From assembly GCF_027921745.1 (NCBI RefSeq), contig NC_079240.1:1054001-1118000 (forward strand): DNA of 64,000 bases, written 5' to 3'. A program made the translations under genes and the position numbers. The notes beneath the pieces are model-generated. The model was not told the origin of the DNA and ran no database searches. It was given only the letters and a program-made list of their open reading frames with translations. Source of the stretch: Schizosaccharomyces osmophilus (taxonomy: Eukaryota). Shown here piece after piece: positions 1 through 10,839 of the stretch. Positions within the stretch are counted from its first letter, which is position 1; every line of letters starts with the position of its first letter.

Positions 1-308
1 CATTTGAAACTACGAAATCAAAAGCAAAAGTAGGGATAAACACTCATACTATTTCTGCACGACTTTCGTTGCCTTATGCCTTAACGAATTTTGTTTTTGA
101 AGAGTACACCACCTAAAGGATATTTTTAATGTAATTTGCACTTGTGTCTATTTTTCATCTTCAATCAAAAAGAAAGTATGCTATGTCAAATATAAAGCAT
201 GCTGCATAGAACCATTCTATTTTTTCATTGATTTTAAGGATGTACATTTCACGTGCTCATTTTTATAAATGTGTATAGATATGCTGTTTATCGCAGTTAT
301 TTCAACAA

Positions 309-390
309 GCATCTGTAGTCTAGTGGTTATGATTTCTGCTTTACATGATATGTTCGCAGACGGTCCCAGGTTCGATCCCTGGTAGATGCA
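309..390 (+). tRNA. tRNA-Val(TAC) with 9-nt intron (346-354)
   Basis: GCATCTG/TAGATGC acceptor stem, A box TAGTCTAGTGG, anticodon arm TCTGC-TT-TAC-A[intron]C-GCAGA, B box GGTTCGATCCC, T-run terminator downstream. Confidence 0.93.
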
Positions 391-662
391 AATTCTTTTT
401 TTTCTTTTCCAAAAGAAAAGATATGTCTTCCATATTTATATATAGATATTATTTTTTTGTTTTTTTTTTGTATGTATAATATGTATACGGATCTATTAAA
501 GATTTTACTGGTCTTTGAAGCTACTATGTTCATCGTATTTTTGAAACCATTTCCGTAAATGTACATCTCTATTGTATGAAACAAAATTCCATTCATTAAG
601 TTAAACTCATAAACATTTTTATTTTTATATAATTAATGATACCTTTCAAAGAATTCATGATC

Positions 663-2171
663 CTAAGCATCGCCAACATACTCAGCAATTTGCTTCAAAC
701 GAGTATATTCATAATAACCATGAGTAGCCAATCCAATACCCAAACCGGAATGCTTCCAACCAATCCATGGAAGCTCATGGCTAGAAAAGTGATAAGTGTT
801 AAGAGAGCACATGCCTGCCTCAATGTTATCCGCAAAGTAGTCGAGGGTATCGCGATTCGTGGAGAACACGCCTGATCCGAGACCATATTCAGTAGCATTG
901 GCCAAGGCGAGAGCTTCTTCATTTGTGCGGAAAGTCTTGGTGATCAGCACGGGGCCGAACACTTCCTCTTTCCATAAAGTATTGTTGGTTTCGGCATTGG
1001 TGAAAATCGTAGGAGGAACGAAGTAACCTTTTCCACTTTCTTTAGGCAGTCCACCAAAAACACAGTTCAAACCTTCGTCAAAACCTGTTTGGATCAATTG
1101 AAGTACCTTTTCGTACTGGGGTTTGCTTACCAAGGGACCCATATTTACATTCTCTTGCAATCCGTTTCCAGAAACAATTTTCTTTGCTTCTTCAAGGACA
1201 CCCTTAAGCACCTCCTCATACACATCTTCCTCAATGAGTAGACGGGAAGCTGCGGTGCAAGCTTCACCTTGATTGAAAAAAATACCAAAAGCAGCCGATC
1301 TGCAAGCAAGAGAAAGATCAGCGTCTTTACAGACAATCAAAGGCGATTTACCACCTAATTCAAGAGTCACGGGAATGACGTGGTCAGAGGCTGCATGCAT
1401 AATTTTCTTGCCTGTGAACAACGAACCCGTAAAGGCAAGATAGGAAATCTTGTCGTGGTGGCTAAGAGCGACACCAGTTTCCTTGCCAGAACCAATGACT
1501 ACATTGAAGACGCCGTCGGGCAAGCCACCTTCCTTGCACAAAAGGGCAAATTCGAGGCAGGACCAGGGAGCAACTTCTGAAGGCTTAAGGACGACAGTAT
1601 TACCGGACGCCAAGGCAGGAATCGATTTCCAAAGGGCCATTTTCAATGGAAAGTTCCAAGGGGTAATAACACCGACAACGCCTCTGGGGAAACGCTTTTC
1701 TTTGCCGACGTAACCGGGGGCATTCGTTAAAGGAACCACTCTAGAAACCTCGTCGGTTTCAGCAATTTCAGCATAATAATCTAATAAATCGGCAGAGGAG
1801 TCTACATCAAATAACGCATAAGAGGTGGGTTTACCGCAGTTCAAAACATCCAATCCAGCAAGCAAATCTCGGTTTTCACGCATTAGTTGACCAATCTTAC
1901 GAAGAACGGCTCCACGTTCGTTTCCGCTACGCTTCGACCAGATGCCAGACTCGAATGCCTCGTGAGCGTTTTCCACAGCCTTGTTGACATCTTCAGCATT
2001 AGCATCTGCGCATGTTCCAATCACCTCTTCTGTAGCAGGGTTTATTAAAGGAATCGCATTTGCATCAGCTCCTTTGGGCTTTACGCATTGGCCTCCGATA
2101 AAGATGCAATTGTCAGGGACTCGACGAGCAGCAATTAATTCGTTTTGACGAGTTGTAACGTTCGTTTGCAT
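663..2171 (-). CDS. atd3: Aldehyde dehydrogenase (betaine-aldehyde-DH-like; S. pombe Atd3/Meu8 orthologue)
   Basis: Motifs ITPWNFP, FTGS, ELGGKSP, catalytic FFNQGEAC, EEVFGP; first ATG at 2171 (ORF track starts at TTG); synteny with SPCC550.10. Confidence 0.9.
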   Translation of the reverse strand: MQTNVTTRQNELIAARRVPDNCIFIGGQCVKPKGADANAIPLINPATEEVIGTCADANAEDVNKAVENAHEAFESGIWSKRSGNERGAVLRKIGQLMRENRDLLAGLDVLNCGKPTSYALFDVDSSADLLDYYAEIAETDEVSRVVPLTNAPGYVGKEKRFPRGVVGVITPWNFPLKMALWKSIPALASGNTVVLKPSEVAPWSCLEFALLCKEGGLPDGVFNVVIGSGKETGVALSHHDKISYLAFTGSLFTGKKIMHAASDHVIPVTLELGGKSPLIVCKDADLSLACRSAAFGIFFNQGEACTAASRLLIEEDVYEEVLKGVLEEAKKIVSGNGLQENVNMGPLVSKPQYEKVLQLIQTGFDEGLNCVFGGLPKESGKGYFVPPTIFTNAETNNTLWKEEVFGPVLITKTFRTNEEALALANATEYGLGSGVFSTNRDTLDYFADNIEAGMCSLNTYHFSSHELPWIGWKHSGLGIGLATHGYYEYTRLKQIAEYVGDA

Positions 2172-2436
2172 TTTCAAATTTCTTTCTTCTATACGATCTC
2201 TTTCGGCGAGGGTAATCTTCTGCTTTTATAACTTTTTCCAACACTGGTTCAAAGCAAAATTTAAATTCTTTCAGCCGATCTGGTTCACGGTAGAAATCCC
2301 TGCAACAGGTCATATGACCGACAATATATAATTGGCCTCATTTTAGCCGTTTCTTCTTTGCATAATTCGCATTCTCGTAATCTATTTGTTTACCAAAGAA
2401 AAATTTCGCCGGAAAGTCACAAGGTTATGTCACAAG

Positions 2437-2490
2437 CGAACGTCTGAGACCCCAAAGGCCAATATTGGCTTCTGGGATCTCAGACGTTCG
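2437..2490. repeat. 54-bp imperfect palindrome (27-bp arms, 24/27 match, no loop) centred on GCCAATATTGGC
   Basis: CGAACGTCTGAGA at 2437 and TCTCAGACGTTCG ending at 2490 are exact reverse complements; inner arms match at 11/14. Confidence 0.9.
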
Positions 2491-2982
2491 GGGAGTGAAG
2501 TAATTGTCCAGTCATCGATACATCATTGTCATGATTTTCACTTCGTTCTCAGAAAACTTTTTTTTAATTCTTTTTTCGGAATCCCTGAACTCGGGCAATC
2601 GGGTTGTAAAGGTCGTCGTAACGGGGAGAGCCAAATTATGAATCGGCGTAAGACGGCGTAAGAAATAAATGCAAAAAAAAAGAAAAGAAAAAAAAAACAG
2701 AAGAAACAAAAGAAACAAGAATACTCCTTTAGAAATACAAGACTAATTTTTTCGTTTTCATCCATTATTTGTAATCCATGATTGATGCTTTTATCAAGGT
2801 AGGTAAAAATTTCTTTCCCTTTTTCATAAGCTTCGAATTTGTAATCATTATTTTCTTTTGTTTTTCGTCGTTTTGTCGTTTCGGCAAAGACGGCTTTTCT
2901 CCCGCCTACAAAAAAATTCATTATAGCTTTGTTTCATATTCACAATTTGAGAACCGCTGATGTAACATTCTCGAAAAAGGTA

Positions 2983-4611
2983 TCATCTTTTAGAAGAAAT
3001 GGATGAAGGTCTGGACTTAGGATCAGGTACATTCTCATCCATGATAGTTTTCAAGTTGGCTTCTGCTTTGGATTGAGAATTTGTAGTCCCGGTTGTATAG
3101 TTTGTACTACGGGAATCGGCAGCTTGGTCATCATCTAATCGCTTGTCAGATGATATGGTATCCGACATAGAAGGAACAGCTTCCTGCGGCAAAGTACGAT
3201 ACCTTCTTCTCCATTCTCGGAATCTTGTAAACGCCGTCTTAAACTGGGTTAAAGAAGGTTGTCTCCAAAACGTGTCCGTATATGTCCATGGGCCAATTGA
3301 CCACTTGTCGTCAATCCAAGCAATTCCATCGGGAGGAAGAAACTGAGCGGTAGGCTCTGCTACAGGAACATTTCTGTCTGAGCTTGTAAAGTTGGGGTGA
3401 TCCGTTGGTAGTGTTCGATTTAACCAGCCAACACCAACCCAGTACCGCTGATGTTCTACTAGATGTAGACATTTTTCCGTTATGTTTTCATTTCCAGTTC
3501 CCTCAGTAGAAGTGCCCTCCTGTTTTGTAGGGGCCGTGCCTTTTTTGAATGCTTTCAGTAAACTAGTCGTAGCACCATCTTTGGATTCCATTTTAGAAGC
3601 ATCCCCAGGAATCGACGGAGGCTCGTCCAATAAGCCTTCCTCTTCTTTCTCCTTGTTTTCGATTTTTCCAAAAACAAATTTTTCCGAAAGTGAACTGAAA
3701 ACAGAGATTCGGGCAACGGCGAGCGTAACGGCTTTCATGGGAGGAGAATGCCATGCAAGCACGATTGACGACAAGAAAATAAACACAGCTTGAGTAGGTA
3801 GACAGAAAATAAATATAGCTGTAATCAATGGGAGATAACTGAAGAACAGAGTATTGGACGCCTGTGAATACTGATACAAATTGTGAATCGGCTCAAGATA
3901 CGCATCCAGTAGAGTGGGGCCAGTTGACGATTTCACAAATATTAATCCTTTATCGATCTTTTGAGAAGTTTCCACGGGGTAATCGTCTTTACGAATTAAA
4001 TGATCAGTTACGATTTTTGAGATGGAAAGCCTGCTAGCCTTCTGTAACACATCTTCAGTTATCGGTGCCTTTTCTTCGTGAAGTTCTTCACCTATGCTAT
4101 CAGACCTTTGTGCCTTTTTCTTGGGCTTTTGGGATGATGGATCGCTTGAGGAATGCAATTCTGTGCTTGGTGTTCTTCCATGAGTCCATTTACCTTGCAG
4201 AAGCTGAAGACCAGGGGCTCCTTGACCGAATTCCTCTCCTTCCACGTCCGAGTCAATGTGGACGGTTTGCTCTTCAGATTCAGTCGTTGGATTCGCCGGT
4301 TCGGAAGTATTTTCAACCGAAGTCTTATTGTTTTCTTCTTCTTCTTCGGTATTAAGAGAAGATGCTTGATTGTGATCTATATTTCGCATACTTGTAAACC
4401 AGAAAAGCCAAGCAGACACAGAGCATGCAAGAGTAGGTCGCGGATAAAGAACAATTAACCATGTAAAAAACAATGTACTTAAACTTGTATACCAGGGAGC
4501 AATCCAAAGGCATACTTTCAAAACATCGTCTAGCAATTCAGACCCTGTGGATCGTACTGTAGACTGCGAGGAGTTTTTTTCAGAGAGTAAATGAGCCTGT
4601 ACAGTAGACAT
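2983..4611 (-). CDS. pex32: Peroxin of the Pex23/Pex24-Pex32 family with C-terminal dysferlin domain
   Basis: Hydrophobic segments plus DysF motifs EHQRYWVGVGW, WIDDKW, WTYTD, FTRFREWRR; synteny with SPCC550.09. Confidence 0.8.
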   Translation of the reverse strand: MSTVQAHLLSEKNSSQSTVRSTGSELLDDVLKVCLWIAPWYTSLSTLFFTWLIVLYPRPTLACSVSAWLFWFTSMRNIDHNQASSLNTEEEEENNKTSVENTSEPANPTTESEEQTVHIDSDVEGEEFGQGAPGLQLLQGKWTHGRTPSTELHSSSDPSSQKPKKKAQRSDSIGEELHEEKAPITEDVLQKASRLSISKIVTDHLIRKDDYPVETSQKIDKGLIFVKSSTGPTLLDAYLEPIHNLYQYSQASNTLFFSYLPLITAIFIFCLPTQAVFIFLSSIVLAWHSPPMKAVTLAVARISVFSSLSEKFVFGKIENKEKEEEGLLDEPPSIPGDASKMESKDGATTSLLKAFKKGTAPTKQEGTSTEGTGNENITEKCLHLVEHQRYWVGVGWLNRTLPTDHPNFTSSDRNVPVAEPTAQFLPPDGIAWIDDKWSIGPWTYTDTFWRQPSLTQFKTAFTRFREWRRRYRTLPQEAVPSMSDTISSDKRLDDDQAADSRSTNYTTGTTNSQSKAEANLKTIMDENVPDPKSRPSSISSKR

Positions 4612-5186
4612 GATTATGACAAAAAAAGTGGAAACGTATCATAAACAAAAATGGTTTACCAGATAAATAAAGCTACAATTGTCTGTGCTTCTGAGGGTGA
4701 GAGAAAATGATTTTTTAATAAGGTTTTCAGGGTACAAAATAGGAAGCCTTTAATACAAAACAGATAGAAAGCTGGCAACGCAGATTTCAACTTGAATAAA
4801 ATGAATCAATTCTTGGCGTTCTTTTCTTTCGCCTGCGGAACCGAAACTGTGTTCAGTTAAGGAACAGCACAGTGTACAAATGGAATGACTATATGCAATA
4901 ATTACAAAATGTTGGATTTGATTCACTTATAAGAACCAAAAATAAAAGTTTTTTTTTGATCTATTATGGGCTAGTATAAACTGAAACTCCTTCCAAAGGA
5001 TGGTATGTTTGTATGAGGGCTACAAAACATTAAAGAGAACAAAATTCTCCATATATTTATGGATGTATTGAATTTAATTAAAATATTCGTAATACTAAAA
5101 TCGGTCATAAAGAAAGAATCAGCGAAAGATCGCTGAGACAAGAAACAGAAGCAAAGACATAGTTTGGTCAAACGTAAATGGAAAGC

Positions 5187-5921
5187 TTAGCAAACAGAAG
5201 CCGCATGGATAGAGGTGGTTGTGCTATTGATATGACTGGGAAGACTAGCAGGAGTGCTAGTTGGATGTTTGGGCTTTGTGTTGGAGCTGAGCAGAGCGTC
5301 TGCTTCACGAACCATGATTTCAAGGGGAATATGATTTGTTTCACGTTCTAAGAAAATTGTCTTTTTGAGCGTAAAGCCAAAATGTTCGTAGATAGCACGA
5401 TTGTGAGGATGACTCGATTCCAAATAGATAGGAAGATTCTCCTGGTTACAGAGATCCATAATAGGTTGTACAAGTCTTCGAAGGCATCCTTTTCCTTGTT
5501 GATTCCGTCGAATGCCAACGTAGACTAGGTACCAGGAAGAATCATCTCGTTGCTGAAGGATTTCCGCCTTTGTATCATGAAGAACGGGCAGAAACTCACG
5601 GAAGAAACGATGGCGGCCTTCTGAATCCAATTGATAGTTAAGGCGCCACATACCACTTCTTAGAATCGAGTACCAATCATCCATGTTACTGCCGGGCCCC
5701 ATCCACAAGGAGACACCGGAGAAATCGTCCGCTTGCAAAACCATGCCGCGCATGATGTGGGCATACACGATGTACTCCATCATTCCCTGAAGTACCTTTC
5801 TGTACTGCTGGTCATTGCTGCAATGGCACAAGTACAAACATACTGGATCATCGTAAAAGGCTTCCACCAAGACAGAAGCTGCCTTTTTGTAATCTTTTGC
5901 TTCCACTCGTTGAGCAGCCAT
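5187..5921 (-). CDS. GNAT-family N-acetyltransferase
   Basis: WYLVYVGIRRNQQGKG (acetyl-CoA motif A) and YLESS..N..IYEHFGF; ATG at 5921 (ORF track starts at GTG). Confidence 0.88.
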   Translation of the reverse strand: MAAQRVEAKDYKKAASVLVEAFYDDPVCLYLCHCSNDQQYRKVLQGMMEYIVYAHIMRGMVLQADDFSGVSLWMGPGSNMDDWYSILRSGMWRLNYQLDSEGRHRFFREFLPVLHDTKAEILQQRDDSSWYLVYVGIRRNQQGKGCLRRLVQPIMDLCNQENLPIYLESSHPHNRAIYEHFGFTLKKTIFLERETNHIPLEIMVREADALLSSNTKPKHPTSTPASLPSHINSTTTSIHAASVC

Positions 5922-6147
5922 ATTTGATCTATTAGTAGAACTAGATACAATCACAATTACAATTACAATAACAAATAATTGGGTGGCAATCCTTCAATGA
6001 ATCGACGTTTTCTTCCTAGTCGCGAATACAACAAATAACGAGTAATAAACAGAATCCAAGATCAATTGTTGATGATTTACGAATCTTTTCAGTTACAAGA
6101 ATTCACTAATCCTTTGTTTCTTATACCTTTACCTTTTAAGGACACTG

Positions 6148-6155
6148 TGTGACTG
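6148..6155 (-). promoter_or_regulatory. Homol D box (CAGTCACA) upstream of the GNAT gene
   Basis: Exact TGTGACTG on + strand about 230 bp upstream of the ATG; a single 8-mer could be chance. Confidence 0.3.
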
Positions 6156-6812
6156 AATCAACACTAGTCCTCTACATATATATATCAACCATTCAAGCTG
6201 GAAGACAAAACTCTAAAAGAGTGCTTTGATATACGCAATCAGTAACCAAATAGATGAAAGGCAATGACTCGATCGGTCAATTTCCTTTGCCCGAAACCAT
6301 GGCCGACGGGCAGGGTTTGAGATGCCTTACCACAAGAATTGAAGTCCAGTAACCACTACGGTGAATTTGTGAAGCAAAAAAATTTGCTATGCAAAGAGAT
6401 ATTTGTAGAATCATGTCAAAAAGAAGATGTCCTTGTATACAATAGTCCATGACTCTTTTTTTCTTTCTTTCTTTTCTCAAATCCAGCGATGACGCAATGT
6501 GTAAACAAACCCACAATGAATTTGTACATCATGAACAAGTTGGGAACAGTATGCAGCATACTTATGGAAACATGTATATATAATTTCATTCAATACAAAA
6601 ATTAATTTTACATGAAAGGTCCCCACTTTGGACATATTTAGCACACTACATTGCAGCCATTTTCTATGCCTACAAGACTATACAAAGCTAAAAGAACGCT
6701 GTTTTGTTCTAAATTTTTAAATTTTAAAAGTATGCATTGATTCATTAAACAAAAGTATTCTTATATTTCATTCTATATACAAGTAGATTAGTAAGTTACA
6801 TGGCCAAAAAGC

Positions 6813-8414
6813 TTAGAGTATTCTCACAACCTTTTCAAGGGCTGCCAACAAGTTCTCATCTTCCCAACGTGTTCCGACCAGTTGCAAACCGACGGGAGCA
6901 TCTTTATAGTCTTCTGGTTTGTAGTTTTGATAATAGAAAGCGTCATCATCATTCATGGGTTCGTAAGATTCATCCTTGACATCCAAAGCTGGATCCACCT
7001 TGGTCACGGGAAAAACAGCAGAAGGAAGATCAAGCAAATTCCAAACGGAAAAGTAGGTCCAATATCTCGTTTCTCCTAATCTGGGCGCAGGACCGGGTCC
7101 GGCAGGACACAAGACAAAATCGACTCCATAGGCCTGTAAATGCTTGATGTATTGATTCCGGTATTCATCACGATCCGCCACAAGCTTCCAAACTCCAGCC
7201 ACATCGTGGTTTTTTACATTGGGCTGTTTAAGGATCCACTCGGTCAATGGCTCTAGGGGTTCGCCAACCTGTGCAAACAAGTCATAGCATGCTTTACCAC
7301 CATCAAGCCAGTACAGCTCGGAAATAAGATCCCAAGAATACTTGTGTTTGAATGGTTCGATGTCGATGAGTTCATACTCAGGAGAGTCCTTGAGTTTGTC
7401 TATGACAATCTCCATGGCTCTTTGAACGGGAGGCTGAGGAGTAACCACCCGATCGGTACGCATAATGCCGATTTTTAGTTTGGTAGGCAAATTTGGGGTG
7501 CGCCAGGGAAGAGGCACGATAGAAGCATCCTCCAACCAAGGCTCTCCAGCCATACAAGCCTTCATAAACAAATTTAAGTCACGAGCACTCTGTGCCAAAG
7601 GACCTACAACACCAAGGATGGATTCTTGGCCTTTCACGGCGCCTTGACAGCCTTTTCGGGACAAGCGTAGCGTGGAAGGACGGAAACCATAAAGACCATT
7701 ATTGGCAGCAGGCGAACGGATGGAGCCGCCGATATCACTGCCAATGCCCAGGACAGAAGCTCGTAACCCCAAAAGGGCACCTTCACCACCGGAAGAGCCA
7801 CCGGGTGTGAGTTTTCGGTTGAAGGGATTGAGGGTGGTGCCCATTAAAGGACTCGACGTTTCCAAATGCATGAGGCTTTGGGGTTGAGAAGTACGACAAT
7901 AAAACACACCGCCTGCTTTACGGATGGTTTGAACGATATCAGAGTCCGCTTCGGCAATCTCGTTGGCTTTAGCTAAAAAGCTGGCGGTTGCGGTATGTCC
8001 TTTCAAACTGATGTGTTCCTTGACAGAGATGGGGACGCCATGGAGAGGACCGACGAGTTGGCCCGTCGTTGCATAATATTCGTCGAGTTTCGTAGCTTGT
8101 TCCAGCGCTTCTTCCAACAACAATTCGTTCACGCAATTGAGCAATTGTTGGGCAATAGCGGCGCGCTTACAAAAGGCCACCACTAACTCTTTACTTGTCG
8201 TTTTGTGTTCTTTGATCAAGTCGGCCAAACCAGTAGCGTCATAGTTCTCGGTTAGCTCCAACTCTTTTGGGGACAAGAGTCCGCAAGTTTTGGGCACATT
8301 GGTAACGTTTAGCATATCCTTTGGAGGATCGCTTTTCAGCTTCATCGAGGGAGGAATCGTGCTATCGCGATTCGCGCAGTACTGCGCAGAGATGGTTTGC
8401 CATTCGATCGTCAT
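6813..8414 (-). CDS. Amidase-signature enzyme (acetamidase / fatty-acid amide hydrolase-like)
   Basis: GPLHGVPISVKE (catalytic Lys), PGGSSGGEG, GSDIGGSIRSPA (Ser-Ser-Lys triad), PVGLQLVG; synteny with SPCC550.07. Confidence 0.93.
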   Translation of the reverse strand: MTIEWQTISAQYCANRDSTIPPSMKLKSDPPKDMLNVTNVPKTCGLLSPKELELTENYDATGLADLIKEHKTTSKELVVAFCKRAAIAQQLLNCVNELLLEEALEQATKLDEYYATTGQLVGPLHGVPISVKEHISLKGHTATASFLAKANEIAEADSDIVQTIRKAGGVFYCRTSQPQSLMHLETSSPLMGTTLNPFNRKLTPGGSSGGEGALLGLRASVLGIGSDIGGSIRSPAANNGLYGFRPSTLRLSRKGCQGAVKGQESILGVVGPLAQSARDLNLFMKACMAGEPWLEDASIVPLPWRTPNLPTKLKIGIMRTDRVVTPQPPVQRAMEIVIDKLKDSPEYELIDIEPFKHKYSWDLISELYWLDGGKACYDLFAQVGEPLEPLTEWILKQPNVKNHDVAGVWKLVADRDEYRNQYIKHLQAYGVDFVLCPAGPGPAPRLGETRYWTYFSVWNLLDLPSAVFPVTKVDPALDVKDESYEPMNDDDAFYYQNYKPEDYKDAPVGLQLVGTRWEDENLLAALEKVVRIL

Positions 8415-8857
8415 GTTGAATCAGTCAAAGAATTTCAAAGCAAAATATAAATAAAAAATAAATCAAGTCTCAAAGTAAGTAGGACTCTACAGTAAAAATA
8501 TAAAGGCAATCGTATTGCACTTGTTGTAGCCCAAGTATTTCAAAACCAAAGAAGAGGCCCTTTTCATTAGGACCTCTTTCTTCCTTTTATATCATCGTCG
8601 GGGTTTGCTTTTTCGGGGAACTTTAATCAAAAGATAGCCAACCTTAATATCAATGGACTGCTCACAAGGTAAGGCAAAGGTCATTGACTCCACATTTATG
8701 AGCCTTCTTCTCCATTGGCCTACCAATTGCCCGGCGGCTCTCTCCTTAAGGTTCGCCTTTGTGGTCGTCATCATTGTGGAGTGTTATCTCTTCTTGGACC
8801 AAGAAGCGCGGGTTAAGCGACTCGGGGAAGAGAAACCCAAAGCTTGCATTTGATGGA

Positions 8858-8884
8858 GATAAAAATTAGATAAGATAAGATAAG
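8858..8884. promoter_or_regulatory. Cluster of four GATAA motifs (candidate GATA-factor sites) in the amidase/hsp10 divergent promoter
   Basis: GATAAAAATTAGATAAGATAAGATAAG. Confidence 0.45.
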
Positions 8885-9090
8885 ACAGTACTAAAGTACT
8901 CTGATACAAAAAGATGCACTGTATTGTTGTCATATTTTTCAATAACGCACTGTCTTAAACTTCGATGAAGCCGTTGTATATCCAATGTTGGCTCTCGGTA
9001 TTGTATGTTTCGTTGCGCATAGCGCAGCGTTGCTCCTCAGTATCCTCTCTTTCGGTGATCTTAATGGATGGATGATAATTGGTTCATGCT

Positions 9091-9105
9091 CGAATTTTCC
9101 AGATG
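9091..9105. promoter_or_regulatory. Candidate heat-shock element upstream of hsp10
   Basis: cGAAttTTCcaGAtg: two perfect and one imperfect inverted nGAAn units about 165 bp before the hsp10 ATG. Confidence 0.4.
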
Positions 9106-9263
9106 CTTTGCAAAGTGCTTTTAAGGAGAGGAGACGAGAGCAAGATTCGGTTGTTGATCCAACTTGCCAAAAACCAACTCGGAAACAAAGAGGATTTCTT
9201 TGACAACGTCCATACGAAAACCGCGTAATAACACTTGAAGACTTAAAAGCAACGACATCTATA

Positions 9264-9578
9264 ATGGCTACCAAATTAAAGAGTGCAAAGTCGATCGTTC
9301 CTCTTTTGGATCGTATCCTCGTCCAACGTGTCAAGGCTGACCCCAAGACCGCTTCCGGCATCTTCTTGCCCGAAAAGAGCCTCGAAAGGTTGTCCGAAGG
9401 CCGTGTCATTGCTACTGGAAAGGGCTTGATGAACAAGACGGGTGCTCCCACTCCTCCTAGTGTCACTCCAGGCGATCGTGTTTTGTTACCTGCTTTTGGT
9501 GGAAGCAACATCAAAGTTGGCGAGCAGGAATACAGCCTCTACCGTGATCATGAATTGTTGGCTGTAATCAAAGAGTAA
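9264..9578 (+). CDS. hsp10: Mitochondrial co-chaperonin Hsp10 (Cpn10)
   Basis: PLLDRILVQR, TASGIFLPEK, GRVIATGKG, GDRVLLPAFGG. Confidence 0.97.
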   Translation: MATKLKSAKSIVPLLDRILVQRVKADPKTASGIFLPEKSLERLSEGRVIATGKGLMNKTGAPTPPSVTPGDRVLLPAFGGSNIKVGEQEYSLYRDHELLAVIKE

Positions 9579-10076
9579 ACGGAAGCTTTGGTTTCCACAG
9601 AAAGATTCTTTTCCAAAGAGCCTTTTCAAGAAACCATCTTGATGAAATGTGTCGTCGTTTTGGTTTCTATTCTCTTTTCTTTTCTTACTTTTTCTTGTTG
9701 AATATTACATTTTGGGAAAATAAAAAAATTCAGTCCTTGAATTTGGTTCCCTTTTTCCTTCGAAATCGTTCGAATGGGGTTCAAAATTCACACCCTACAT
9801 GATTTAGGATTTCCCCTTTTTTGGAAAGAGATGGCGGAGGTTTCCTTTCAACCATATTTCCTCGTTTCCTCCCCCTCCTCCTCCTCTATCTTGTTTTCAC
9901 AGATCCTCCAAAGTCCCTCCAAGACCTCATGATTTTTATTGAGTTTCGGTTCGCTTACGATCATCCTTGTGTTCCAAACACACATTTATATCCTTGACAA
10001 GAAATACATTTTTTTTATCGTCTCTATCCATCTATCTGTTGTTTCGTAAAGTTATTGTAGTCGTACATGGACCATT

Positions 10077-10839
10077 CTACCATCTTCCAATCCTTGTAGC
10101 TTCTGTCCAACTTGTGTTGCAATTAGGACATGACTCGTAAGCCAAATGTTTGCAGCAATACACATGCAAACAGTATCCACATTCGCAAACGTAACCCTAG
10201 AATAAATGTCAGTCATTTTAGTCGCACAAGAATTTTATTTCTTTCACACACACATACCGCTGTGACAATCCCCCGACAAGCATTGCATTCGTACAAGCTG
10301 CTTTCATACTCATTGTGTAGGTATGCCTCCATGTCTGCCAGTGCATGGTTTGTAAATGTCCAAATCCCTTCGCGATGGTTCAACCAACCATCTCGTTCAA
10401 ACGCGCTCAGGTATGTTTCCACCACGGATGGTGCCAGTGACATGTCCCGGCGAGCATGTTTGTGTATCTGCAGCGTACTAATCGAGTACTGATACTCTTC
10501 CGCTTGCATAATCCAGTCGATGATTCTTCGCATCAACTCAATTTGGCTCGTTGAGTACGGCGTGGCCATTTGCGAAACAGGATCCCCGGACACGTTTTGG
10601 AAATGCCATGTTGGCCGGCCATCAAGCTGGTCCTGAATCCTCTGGAGTTTAAAGTCGTAGTCGTGGATGTTTTTGTTGATTTCATTCATTGTTTGGCTCA
10701 GCGACCCGGATTCACCAAATAAATCTTGAATCAGTACTTGCACTACATCCTCATCTACACCAAACGTTCGATTCATTACATATTGTAGTACAAACTTTTG
10801 CTTTTCTGCAATTTCCTCAATCCGCGTATCTCCTTCCAT
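10077..10839 (-). CDS. nse1: Smc5/6 complex RING-like subunit Nse1 (2 exons; intron 10197-10257)
   Basis: Winged-helix region (FERDGWL) then spliced RING ECNACRGIVTA|GYVCECGYCLHVYCCKHLAYESCPNCNTSW; intron GTATGT..CTGAC..TAG. Confidence 0.93.

Noticed and set aside
2512..2960. Phe/Lys-rich ORFs (68-127 aa) between atd3 and pex32
   Set aside because: Produced by poly(A)/poly(T) tracts; low complexity, no support for coding
8939..9514. 191-aa minus-strand ORF overlapping hsp10
   Set aside because: Antisense shadow of a codon-biased gene running into promoter DNA; no recognisable motifs
9777..9790. B-box-like GGTTCAAAATTC between hsp10 and nse1
   Set aside because: Poor match to the consensus, with no A box or cloverleaf; not a tRNA, and no evidence for a TFIIIC site
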